DNA of 64,000 nucleotides from assembly GCA_039683515.1 (NCBI GenBank), contig JBDKRG010000038.1, positions 6,424 to 70,423 of the forward strand, given 5' to 3'. The position numbers were made by a program, and so were the translations under genes. The DNA is from Candidatus Sumerlaeia bacterium. GTDB lineage: Bacteria > Sumerlaeota > Sumerlaeia > MVZB01. Under the pieces are notes generated by a model, which saw only the letters and a list, made by a program, of their open reading frames with translations, was not told the origin of the DNA and made no database searches. Shown one piece after another: positions 10,450 to 19,163 of the stretch (position 1 is the first letter of the stretch; each line of letters starts with the position of its first letter).

Positions 10450-10863
10450 TCATATTGTCTTTGTTTTTATTTTCGCGCGTCTGGCCGCGGCAATCTGGCG
10501 GTGGTCCGACGAAGCAAACAGGTCCGCGCCGGAAGCCAGCGCGCATGCGACGTGGATGGCGTCCAACGTGCGGACCGAATTCTTTTCCAATACCTCGATG
10601 CTCAATTGAACGACATCGGGCGTGATTTCGACGACAATCGCGTCGCGCACGTCCTGGACGAGCCGCTGCTTCGCCAGGGCATATTGTTTTCTTGTCATGC
10701 TTTTTTCGCGGCAGCGCCGGCTCAACGCGGACACGATTTCGGGAAGGCATATCGCGCTGAGACACAACTCATCGGCGGAGGATATCAGCGATTCGACTTG
10801 CGCGCTGCCGGGTTCTTCAATGAAGTGCTTGGCAAACGCCGAGGAGTCAAGAAAGAGTCTCAT
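10450..10863 (-). CDS. vapC: VapC-family PIN-domain toxin
   Basis: MRLFLDSSAFAK...E...RTLDAIHVACA...SSD acidic PIN motif; overlaps the antitoxin stop. Confidence 0.92.
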   Translation of the reverse strand: MRLFLDSSAFAKHFIEEPGSAQVESLISSADELCLSAICLPEIVSALSRRCREKSMTRKQYALAKQRLVQDVRDAIVVEITPDVVQLSIEVLEKNSVRTLDAIHVACALASGADLFASSDHRQIAAARRAKIKTKTI

Positions 10864-11077
10864 GCTCGCGCTCCTCGATGATTGCAGAGGAAAGACCGGC
10901 GCCCTTGATGGCCAGACGCAAGCCGGGCTTTTTCCATGAGGGCTGTTCGCCCTCAACCGGGGTCAATCTCACAACCGGGCGGCCGTGTCGGTTTAGGACC
11001 ACAGTCTCCCCTTTCTCGATGCGCGAAATAATCTTGGAGGCATTTTTTCTGAATTCGGTGAAGCTGACGTTTGTCAT
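10847..11077 (-). CDS. Phd/YefM-family antitoxin
   Basis: MTNVSFTEFRKNASKIISRIEKGETVVLNRHGRPVVRL is a typical Phd fold; upstream of the PIN toxin. Confidence 0.92.
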   Translation of the reverse strand: MTNVSFTEFRKNASKIISRIEKGETVVLNRHGRPVVRLTPVEGEQPSWKKPGLRLAIKGAGLSSAIIEEREHETLS

Positions 11078-11090
11078 AGCGCCCTCCATT

Positions 11091-11123
11091 CTGTACATAA
11101 TTATACACATATCTGTACAGATA
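11091..11123. promoter_or_regulatory. Probable antitoxin operator
   Basis: Perfect 14-bp palindrome TATCTGTACAGATA (11110-11123) plus a second TGTACA (11092-11097); TGTACA-core operators are known for YefM-type antitoxins. Confidence 0.7.
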
Positions 11124-11140
11124 GCAATGAGATAGAAGTC

Positions 11141-11169
11141 GGATGCCGGGGCCGGCGAACCCGGCCTAC
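11141..11169 (-). repeat. GTAG-type REP-like hairpin overlapping the nuoM stop
   Basis: Minus strand GTAGGCCGGGTTCGCCGGCCCCGGCATCC; relatives at 28500-28570, 29535-29597 and about 56742-56765. Confidence 0.8.
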
Positions 11170-12689
11170 TTCATCGCGATCGGCGCCGGCGGGGGGTTGC
11201 CGACGATCTGGACGATGTGCTGGGCCGAGGGGGTCAGCGCATCGGCGTAGGGCTTGGGGTAGAGCCCGATCCAGAACGCGAAAATGATGAGGACGACGAG
11301 CGTGATGATTTCGCGCAACCCCAGGTCGGCGACGTTCTTGTTGGCTTCCTTGTCGAGCGGGCCGAAGAACGTCATCTGCACCATGCGCAGCAGGTAGACG
11401 GCCGCCAGGACGATGCCCGTCGCGGCGATCACCGCGGCGGCCGGGTGGGCCGCGAACGTGCCGACCAGGATCCAGAACTCGCCGACGAAGCCGTTGAGGC
11501 CGGGCAGGCCGACCGAGCTCAGCACGATCACCATCGTCAGCGTGCAGAAGATCCGCATGTTGTAGGCGAGGCCGCCGAAATCCTTCATCTCGCGCGTGTG
11601 GCGGCGCTCGTACAAATACCCGACGCACAGGAACAGCCCGCCGGTCGAGATGCCGTGGTTGATCATCTGGAGCGACGCGCCGACGATCGCCTCGCGCTGG
11701 AACGCGAACACCCCCAGGATGATGAACCCCATGTGGCTCACGGAGCTGTAGGCGACGAGGCGCTTGATGTCGGACTGCGCCAGCGCCGTCAGCGCGCCGT
11801 GGATGATCGCGACCACCGCGAGCGCCATGATATACGGCGCGACCTGCAGCGCGAGGCCCGGGAAGAGCGGGATCGCGAAGCGCAGGATGCCGTAAACGCC
11901 GGTCTTGAGCAGCACGCCGGCAAGGATGACGGAGCCGGCCGTGGGGGCCTCGGTGTGCGCGTCCGGGAGCCAGGTGTGGAGCGGGAAGAGCGGCACCTTG
12001 ATCAGGAACGCCAGCATGAAGGCGCCGAAGATCATCGGCGCCAGGCGCGGATCGATCCGCCCGCTGATCACCAGCAGGTCGCCGAGCGCGAAGCTGCCGA
12101 CGCCCCAGTAGGCCCGGTGCTGGAAGTACAGGGCCAGGATTCCGAGCAGCATCAGGACGGATCCGGCGAAGGTGAACAGGAAGAACTTCATCGTCGCATA
12201 GATGCGGTTGCCCGAGCCGAACACGCCGATCAGGAAATACAGCGGCACGAGCATCAGCTCCCAGAAGATGTAGAACAGGATGAGGTCGAGCGCCAGGAAC
12301 GTGCCGATGATGCCGGTCTGAAGCAGCAGCAGCCAGAAGTAGAACTCGCGCTGGCGCCGGTCGATCGCGGTCCACGACCCCATCACCGACACGACCATCA
12401 GCAGGTTGGTCAAAAGAATCAGCGCCCCCGACAGGCCGTCAAGCCCGAGCATGAACCGGATCCCGGCCCGCGGGATCCATTCGGCATCGACCGCGGCGAC
12501 CCAGGACGCGGGCGCATTGACGATCCCGGCGACGTACTTGAGCGAGACCAGCAGCGTGACGCACGTGGCCGCGAGCGCGACGACGCGCGCCGCCTGCCGC
12601 GGCATCGCGATCAGCGCGACCGCCGCGACCATCGGCAGGAAGGTCATCGCGACAAGCCAGAAGGAGTCGATGTTCGTCAATGGGGGCAT
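11166..12689 (-). CDS. nuoM: NADH-quinone oxidoreductase subunit M
   Basis: FYIFWELMLVP, KVPLFPLHTWLPDAHTEAPT, LLKTGVYG, AYSSVSHMG, GLPGLNGFVGE. Confidence 0.97.
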   Translation of the reverse strand: MPPLTNIDSFWLVAMTFLPMVAAVALIAMPRQAARVVALAATCVTLLVSLKYVAGIVNAPASWVAAVDAEWIPRAGIRFMLGLDGLSGALILLTNLLMVVSVMGSWTAIDRRQREFYFWLLLLQTGIIGTFLALDLILFYIFWELMLVPLYFLIGVFGSGNRIYATMKFFLFTFAGSVLMLLGILALYFQHRAYWGVGSFALGDLLVISGRIDPRLAPMIFGAFMLAFLIKVPLFPLHTWLPDAHTEAPTAGSVILAGVLLKTGVYGILRFAIPLFPGLALQVAPYIMALAVVAIIHGALTALAQSDIKRLVAYSSVSHMGFIILGVFAFQREAIVGASLQMINHGISTGGLFLCVGYLYERRHTREMKDFGGLAYNMRIFCTLTMVIVLSSVGLPGLNGFVGEFWILVGTFAAHPAAAVIAATGIVLAAVYLLRMVQMTFFGPLDKEANKNVADLGLREIITLVVLIIFAFWIGLYPKPYADALTPSAQHIVQIVGNPPPAPIAMK

Positions 12690-12829
12690 GGAGAGCGTTC
12701 CTTAAATCAATTAACCACGGAATACACGGAAAAATATTTCGAATTGATTATTCTTTATTTAAATCATTTTCCTTGGCTTTGTTTCGAATTTCTGACCGAT
12801 TTTCTCCGATTTTGGCCGATTATCCTTCT

Positions 12830-14782
12830 TTACTTGAACCAGATGATGATCCCGATCACGATATTGGCGCCGATCAGCAGGATGAGCGCGTAGGCCTGCG
12901 CCTGGCCGTTCTGCAGCGCGCGGACGCCGCGGCTGGCGAGCGACGCCGCCCCGGCGACCGAGTGCAGCAGGCCGTCGATGATCCAGCGGTCGATCCACGT
13001 CGCGGCCCGCGCGACGAACCACGTCCCGCCGGCGACATACTTCATGTAGATGTCGTCCCACCACCAGCGGTTCAGGCTGATCCTGTAAATCGGGCGCAGC
13101 CGCCGCGCGAGCGTCTGAGCCCCCGACGGCCACGCGGCCAGGGCGTAGCGCCACGCGAGCGCCACGCCGAGGACGGCGGTGACGATCGACAGGCCCATCA
13201 GCGCCTTCTCGAGCCCCGGGTTGTGCATCTCGTGCGCGTGCATCTCCGCGACCCGGCGCGCCGGCTCGAGGACCGGGGCGAGCAGGCCGTTCACGCCGCG
13301 CCAGGCGCCTTCGCCAAAGACCCCCGGCAGGTTCAGCGCCCCGGCGACGATCGCGCCCGCCGCAAGCAGCACCATCGGCACGGTCATCGTCCACGGCGAC
13401 TCGTGCAGGCGATGTTCTTTCTCGCGCGACAGGCGCGTCCTCCCCTCGAACGCCATGAAGTAGGCGCGGAACGCGTAGACGGCGGTCATGAGCGCGCTGA
13501 TCATGGCGATCGCCCACAGGAGGAGCGAGCCGGGCGCCCCCGAGGCGAACGTCATCCACAGGATCTCGTCCTTGCTGATGAAGCCGGCCAGCGGCGGCAG
13601 CCCCGCGATCGACAGGCACGCGATGAGGAACGTCCACGCGGTGATCGGCATGCGCCGGCGCAGCCCGCCGAGGTGGTCGAGGTTCTGCGCGTGCGCGGCG
13701 TGGATCACCGACCCCGCCCCAAGGAACAGGCACCCCTTGAAGAACGAATGCGTGAAGACGTGGAAAATGCCCGCGCCGAACGCCCCGACGCCGCACGCCA
13801 GGAACATGAACCCGAGCTGGCTGACGGTCGAGTAGGCGAGAACCTTTTTGATGTCCTGCTGCGTGAGCGCGATCGAGCCGGCCACGAACGCCGTCGCCGC
13901 GGCCACTCCCGCGATCACCGTCATCGTGATCGGCGCGAGCACGAACACGGCCGACATGCGCACGATCAAATACACGCCGGCGGTGACCATCGTCGCCGCG
14001 TGGATGAGGGCGCTGACCGGGGTCGGGCCGGCCATCGCGTCCGGCAGCCACGTGAAGAGCGGGATCTGCGCGCTCTTGCCCGTGCAGCCCAGGAAGAACG
14101 CCAGCGTGACGAGCGTCACGAACCAGCCGCCATAGGCCAGCGGCCCGGCGCCGTGCGCCCCCTGCCCGGCCACCGCGACGATCTTCTGGATGTCGAGCGT
14201 CCCCAGCACCGAGAAGAGCGCCATCATGCCGACGAGAAAGCCGAAGTCGCCGATGCGGTTCACGATGAACGCCTTCTTGCCCGCCTCCGGCGCTCCGGCC
14301 AGGTCCATGTAGAAACCGATCAGCAGGTACGAGCAGAGCCCCACCCCTTCCCAGCCGACGAACAGGACCGGCAGGTTGTCGGCCAGCACCAGCACCAGCA
14401 TGCTGAAATCGAACAGCCCGAGGAACGAGAAGAACCTGTTGAAGCCGGGGTCGCCGGCCATGTAGCCCATCGAGTACAGGAAGACGAGGAAGCTGACGCA
14501 CGTGACGAACAGGAGCATCAGGCAGGTGAGCTGGTCGACGCGCAGGCCGATCGAGATGTCGATGCGGCCGTTGGCCATCCACTGCCAGAGCGTCACCTGG
14601 ATCGGTTCGAACCGGCCGAACATCGCCTTGATAAACAGCGGGATCGAGATCGCGGCCGAGCCGCCCATGCACGCCACGGCGATCCAGCCGCCGGCCCGGT
14701 GCAGCCACCGGCCGAACAGCCCGTTGATCAAAAACGCCGCCAGCGGCAGCGCGGGGATGAGAACGATCCAGAAAGCAGTCAT
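12830..14782 (-). CDS. nuoL: NADH-quinone oxidoreductase subunit L
   Basis: GWEGVGLCSYLLIGF, KAFIVNRIGD, GKSAQIPLFTWLPDAMAGPTPVSALIHAATMV. Confidence 0.97.
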   Translation of the reverse strand: MTAFWIVLIPALPLAAFLINGLFGRWLHRAGGWIAVACMGGSAAISIPLFIKAMFGRFEPIQVTLWQWMANGRIDISIGLRVDQLTCLMLLFVTCVSFLVFLYSMGYMAGDPGFNRFFSFLGLFDFSMLVLVLADNLPVLFVGWEGVGLCSYLLIGFYMDLAGAPEAGKKAFIVNRIGDFGFLVGMMALFSVLGTLDIQKIVAVAGQGAHGAGPLAYGGWFVTLVTLAFFLGCTGKSAQIPLFTWLPDAMAGPTPVSALIHAATMVTAGVYLIVRMSAVFVLAPITMTVIAGVAAATAFVAGSIALTQQDIKKVLAYSTVSQLGFMFLACGVGAFGAGIFHVFTHSFFKGCLFLGAGSVIHAAHAQNLDHLGGLRRRMPITAWTFLIACLSIAGLPPLAGFISKDEILWMTFASGAPGSLLLWAIAMISALMTAVYAFRAYFMAFEGRTRLSREKEHRLHESPWTMTVPMVLLAAGAIVAGALNLPGVFGEGAWRGVNGLLAPVLEPARRVAEMHAHEMHNPGLEKALMGLSIVTAVLGVALAWRYALAAWPSGAQTLARRLRPIYRISLNRWWWDDIYMKYVAGGTWFVARAATWIDRWIIDGLLHSVAGAASLASRGVRALQNGQAQAYALILLIGANIVIGIIIWFK

Positions 14783-14866
14783 TTCATTTTCAACCTATCG
14801 GTGTGGGGCCGGCGCCCTCGCCGGCCATTCCTGATTTCAATCGCACTCGGCAACCTTTGCCCATCT

Positions 14867-16336
14867 TCACCCGCTGTAGAGCCACGGGAAGATTGCAAAC
14901 ACGAACACGCAGACGGCGCCGACCACCAACGCCAGCGTCTGCGCGGCGTTGGGGAACCCCACCCGCCCGGCGCCCTCGGCCGGCTCCGACATGTAGATCG
15001 CGATCACGACGCGCAGGTAATACGAGACCGAGACGACCGACGCGAGGATGCCGATGACGGCCAGCCGGATGTGCGCGCCGTCGATCGCCACGCCGAACAG
15101 CGCGATCTTGCCGAAGAAGCCGACCGTCGGCGGCAGGCCGATGAGCGACAGCATCGCCAGCGCCATGAACGCGGCCCGCATCGGCGCGCGCCGGCCGAGC
15201 CCCGCCCAGGCGGCGATCGGCCCCTCGCCCTCGGGCGCGAGCGTCGAGATCACGCCGAACGCCAGGAGCGTCATGATCGTGTAGGCGAGCAGGTAGTAGG
15301 CGACCGCGTCGCGCGCCGCCCCGATCAGGTCCGGCCGCGGCGCCAGCACGACGGCCAGCGGGATCATCATGTAGCCGCTGTGCGCGATCGACGAATACGC
15401 CAGCAGCCGCTTGATGTTGGGCTGGACGACCGCGCCGACGTTGCCGACGACCATCGACGCCACCGCCGCCGCGTAGAACGCGCCCCACACGCCGACCGGC
15501 AGCCCCTTCCACCGCGCGACCATCTCGACGACGTGGAACAGGGCGGTGAAGCCGGCGACCTTGGTCCCGGTGGCCAGCGCGGCCACGACGGGCGTCGGCG
15601 CGCCGTCATAGACGTCGGGCGCATACATGTGGAACGGGGCGAGCGTGATCTTGAACGCGAAGCCGACGAACAGGAGCCCGAGCCCGACCGCCATGAAGAG
15701 CGGCTGCCGGACCGCGCCGCCGTCGAGGGCCCGCGCGATCGCCTCGAAGCGCGTCTGCCCGCCCGTCGCGCCGAAGATGAACACGATGCCCATCAGGAGG
15801 AACGCGGCCGCCAGCGAGCCGATGATGAAGTATTTGAACCCGGCCTCGCTCGAGCGCGGATTGCGCTTTTCGATCCCGAGCAGGACGTAGAACGAAATCG
15901 ACAGGAGCTCGAAGTTGAGAAACAGCGCCAGAAGCTCGTTGGAGTGGGCCAGCGCCATCATCGCCATCGTGGCGAAGAGGAGCAGGGCGTAATACTCGCC
16001 CTGCGGGACCCAGCGGCCGCGCAGCCAGCGCGGCGAGATCGCGATCAGGTACAGCGCCCCGCCGAGGATCACCGCGTCGGACAGGAACGTGAGCCGGTCG
16101 ATCACGAGCGCGCCGTTGAAAAGCGTCAGGGCGATGCCGTTGATGCCGGTCCCGGCGAGCGCCAGGGACGAGGCCGCGACGCCGATGCCGGCGATCCACG
16201 GCAGCGCGCCGCGCCAGTCGCGCGGCATCATGACGTCGGCCGCCAACACGACGATCGCGGCGATCATCAGCAGCAACAGCGGCGAAGTCAGCAGCAGCGA
16301 ATCGACGACATGGAAGTAGAACAGGTTTAAATTCAC
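14867..16336 (-). CDS. nuoN: NADH-quinone oxidoreductase subunit N
   Basis: SEAGFKYFIIG, FKITLAPFHMYAPDVYDGAPTP, KRLLAYSSIAHSGY, GLPPTVGFFGK. Confidence 0.97.
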   Translation of the reverse strand: MNLNLFYFHVVDSLLLTSPLLLLMIAAIVVLAADVMMPRDWRGALPWIAGIGVAASSLALAGTGINGIALTLFNGALVIDRLTFLSDAVILGGALYLIAISPRWLRGRWVPQGEYYALLLFATMAMMALAHSNELLALFLNFELLSISFYVLLGIEKRNPRSSEAGFKYFIIGSLAAAFLLMGIVFIFGATGGQTRFEAIARALDGGAVRQPLFMAVGLGLLFVGFAFKITLAPFHMYAPDVYDGAPTPVVAALATGTKVAGFTALFHVVEMVARWKGLPVGVWGAFYAAAVASMVVGNVGAVVQPNIKRLLAYSSIAHSGYMMIPLAVVLAPRPDLIGAARDAVAYYLLAYTIMTLLAFGVISTLAPEGEGPIAAWAGLGRRAPMRAAFMALAMLSLIGLPPTVGFFGKIALFGVAIDGAHIRLAVIGILASVVSVSYYLRVVIAIYMSEPAEGAGRVGFPNAAQTLALVVGAVCVFVFAIFPWLYSG

Positions 16337-16351
16337 GGCCAGGACTCCGCC

Positions 16352-16657
16352 TTATCGTTGCAGCAGGTTCAGATCTTCGGCGTCGATCTTTTCTCGGTCG
16401 TCAAAAATCTTGATGAACAGCGCGAGGCCGACGGCCGCCTCCGCCGCGGCGATCGTGATCACGAACAGAAAGATCGCGACCCCCTCGGGCCTGCCGAGGC
16501 TCTGCGTCAGCGTGATGAACCCGAGGTTCGCGGCGTTGAACATCAGCTCGACGCACATGAACATCGTGATGGCGTCGCGCCGCCACAGGACGCCCCCCGC
16601 GCCGATCGCGAAGATCGCCACCGCAAGGATCAGATTGCCGGGTATCATGTATTGCAT
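16352..16657 (-). CDS. nuoK: NADH-quinone oxidoreductase subunit K
   Basis: MCVELMFNAANL and IAAAEAAVGLA motifs. Confidence 0.96.
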   Translation of the reverse strand: MQYMIPGNLILAVAIFAIGAGGVLWRRDAITMFMCVELMFNAANLGFITLTQSLGRPEGVAIFLFVITIAAAEAAVGLALFIKIFDDREKIDAEDLNLLQR

Positions 16658-16757
16658 CGCTATTATCCGCTCCCGCTCTTTCAGCCCCAATTTTCGTGCT
16701 CGTGCGTCGTGCGTCGTAATCGTAATCGAGTAATCGAAAATCGAAAATCGCTCTCCC

Positions 16758-17300
16758 CTACTCCACGTCCGGCTTCTCGATCATCGTCTCGACCCCCTGC
16801 ACGAGGTTTCTTCTCGCCAGCACCACCGCGCCGACCACCGCGATCAGCAGCAGGACCGAGACCATCTCGAAGGCGTAGAGGTAATCGGTCAGGATGAGCC
16901 GGGCGACCTGCTCGATCGTGATCGACGCCGCCCCGCCGGGCATGGCCATCAGCATGTTTTTCATCGAGAAGACCAGCGCGCCCATCTGCAGCGCGATCCC
17001 GAACGCGAAGACCAGACCCAGCCAGCGGACCGGGCGGCTGCGGTGCGACAGCGGCGGCTGCCTGCCGAGGTTCAGCAGCATGATCACGAACAGGAACAGG
17101 ACCATGATCGCCCCGGCGTAGACGATGATCTGCAGCGCCGCCGCGAGCTGGGCGTTCATCAGCACGAACATGCAGGCGATCGTCACCATCGTCAGCACCA
17201 GGAAGAGCGCGCTGTAGATGGCCTTGCGCGCGACGACGACCATCAATGCCGAAGCCAGCGCAATCGCAACGAACAAGCCGTAGATGATTTGTATCAACAT
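16758..17300 (-). CDS. nuoJ: NADH-quinone oxidoreductase subunit J
   Basis: LQIIVYAGAIMVLFLFVIMLL and FEMVSVLLLIAVVGAV motifs. Confidence 0.96.
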   Translation of the reverse strand: MLIQIIYGLFVAIALASALMVVVARKAIYSALFLVLTMVTIACMFVLMNAQLAAALQIIVYAGAIMVLFLFVIMLLNLGRQPPLSHRSRPVRWLGLVFAFGIALQMGALVFSMKNMLMAMPGGAASITIEQVARLILTDYLYAFEMVSVLLLIAVVGAVVLARRNLVQGVETMIEKPDVE

Positions 17301-17304
17301 GCGT

Positions 17305-17442
17305 CAAATCCGAATATCGAATTTCGAAATCCTAAACAAACCCAAAATCCAAAATCAAAATGGTGTCTTCATTTTCTCATTTCTCATCTCTCATCGCTCC
17401 ACCCATCATTCCGCAATCCGAAATCCGCAATCCGCAATCGTC
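17305..17442. repeat. Stack of 7-bp-period micro-repeats (AAATCCG/AAATCCA, TCTCATC, AATCCGC)
   Basis: Three heptamer families abut between nuoI and nuoJ; relatives at 23900-24040, 25980-26051, 32450-32482, 38747-38803, 40070-40158, 48943-49045 and 55840-55866. Confidence 0.85.
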
Positions 17443-17908
17443 ACAGCGGTTGGTTGACCTTGAGCGCGATCGGCTCGCCGAAGCCCTTGTCGGGCGGGTC
17501 GAGCATCTGTTCCTTGTTGCACACGAAGTCGCCGCGCGTGTAGTTGGCCATCTCGAAGATCGGTCCCATCACGATGGCGTCCTCGGGGCAGGCCTCCTCG
17601 CAGAACCCGCACCAGATGCAGCGGATCTGGTTGATCTGGTAGAGCCGCGCGTAGCGCTCGCCGGCGCCGACGGGGTGCTTGGGATCGTTCTCCTCGGCCT
17701 CGAGGTAGATCGCCTCGGGCGGGCAGACCGCCGCGCACAGCGCGCACGCCACGCAGCGCTCCAGGCCGTTGGCGTAGCGCTGAAGCCGGTGCCGCCCGCG
17801 GTAGAACGCCGGCTGCGGCCGCTTGACCTCCGGGTAGTTGAAGGTCACCGGCTTCTTCCAGATGTGCTTGAAGGTGACGGCAAGGCCCTTTATGAGATCA
17901 ATGAGCAT
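17441..17908 (-). CDS. nuoI: NADH-quinone oxidoreductase subunit I
   Basis: Two CxxCxxCxxxCP 4Fe-4S motifs (CVACALCAAVCP, CIWCGFCEEACP) and YRGRH. Confidence 0.97.
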   Translation of the reverse strand: MLIDLIKGLAVTFKHIWKKPVTFNYPEVKRPQPAFYRGRHRLQRYANGLERCVACALCAAVCPPEAIYLEAEENDPKHPVGAGERYARLYQINQIRCIWCGFCEEACPEDAIVMGPIFEMANYTRGDFVCNKEQMLDPPDKGFGEPIALKVNQPL

Positions 17909-19163
17909 GCCCCAGTATCCTTCTCTTGCGTGCAGTCAGGATGCGATCGATCACGACCACCTGGATGATGCCGGCCACGAACAGCCCGGCCGTCAGCGCC
18001 GGGCCGGCCGGCACGGAGGCGTCGGTCATCGGCCCGACCAGCGCCACGACCGCCGCCGTGACGGTCATGTTGACGAACGCGGCCGGCAGCATCACCTTCC
18101 AACCCAGGTCCATGAGCTGATCGTAGCGGAACCGCGGCAGCGTCCCGCGGATCAGGATGTAGAAGCAAATCAGGACGAACACCTTGGCGGCGAACCAGAA
18201 GATCCCGATCAGCGCCGACCCGACGCCGCCCGCCACGCCCAGGACCGGCTGGTCGATCGCCGCCAGGACAGGCTCCGGCAGGATCGGGAACGGCCCGTGA
18301 AACCCGCCCAGGAACAGCGTCGTCATGATCGCCGAGCTGGTGAACATGTTCATGTATTCGGCCATGAAGAACATCGCGAATTTCATCGAGCTGTATTCGG
18401 TGTGGAACCCCGCGCCGAGCTCGCTCTCGCCTTCGGGCAGGTCGAACGGCAAGCGGTTGGACTCGGCGAACCCCGCGACGAGGAAGATCGCCGCGCCGAT
18501 CGGCTGTTTCCAGATGTTCCAGTTCCAGATGCCGCCGTCCTGGATGCCGATGAGGCGGCTCAGGCTGAAGCTCCCCGCGATGAGCAGCACGCCGACGAGC
18601 GACAGCCCCATCGCCAGCTCGTAGCTGATCATCTGCGCGCTCGAGCGGATGCCGCCCAGGAGCGAATACTTGCTGTTCGAGGAATACCCGGCCAGCACGA
18701 TGCCGTAGACGGCGATGCCGGTGACGGCCAGGTAGAACAGGATGCCGACCTCGAGATCGGTGATCGCCAGCGGCACGTGGAACGGCCGGCCGAGGATCGT
18801 GAGGTCGATCGCCGGCCCGACCGGCACGATCGCCAGGATCATGATCGCCGGCACGATCGTGATCAGCGGCGCGAACTTGTGCAGGATCGGGTCGGCGGCG
18901 CGCACGCGCACTTCCTCCTTGAGAAACAACTTGGCGCCGTCGACGATCGCCTGCAGGATGCCGCCGATGATGAACTTGTTTTTCAGGAACCCGAGGCCGG
19001 GGATGAAGTCGAGGCCGACGCGGTTGGGGCCGATGCGGTGCTGGATGCGCGCCAGCAGGATGCGCTCGAGCAGGACCATGAACGGCACGCACCCCAGCAC
19101 GACGCCGAAAATCACGAGGATTTTCACGGCGTAAATCATGATCTGGATCGCCAGGTCGCTCAT
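17898..19163 (-). CDS. nuoH: NADH-quinone oxidoreductase subunit H
   Basis: Start MSDLAIQ overlaps the nuoG stop; RIGPNRVG, AQMISYE, AESNRLPFDLPEGESEL, RGTLPRFRYDQLM. Confidence 0.97.
   Translation of the reverse strand: MSDLAIQIMIYAVKILVIFGVVLGCVPFMVLLERILLARIQHRIGPNRVGLDFIPGLGFLKNKFIIGGILQAIVDGAKLFLKEEVRVRAADPILHKFAPLITIVPAIMILAIVPVGPAIDLTILGRPFHVPLAITDLEVGILFYLAVTGIAVYGIVLAGYSSNSKYSLLGGIRSSAQMISYELAMGLSLVGVLLIAGSFSLSRLIGIQDGGIWNWNIWKQPIGAAIFLVAGFAESNRLPFDLPEGESELGAGFHTEYSSMKFAMFFMAEYMNMFTSSAIMTTLFLGGFHGPFPILPEPVLAAIDQPVLGVAGGVGSALIGIFWFAAKVFVLICFYILIRGTLPRFRYDQLMDLGWKVMLPAAFVNMTVTAAVVALVGPMTDASVPAGPALTAGLFVAGIIQVVVIDRILTARKRRILGHAH

Noticed and set aside
12746-12841. Degenerate duplication of the nuoL 3' end (GATTATTCTTTATTTAAATCA versus GATTATCCTTCTTTACTTGAACCA)
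   Set aside because: Short, AT-rich and gapped; cannot be distinguished from chance by eye.
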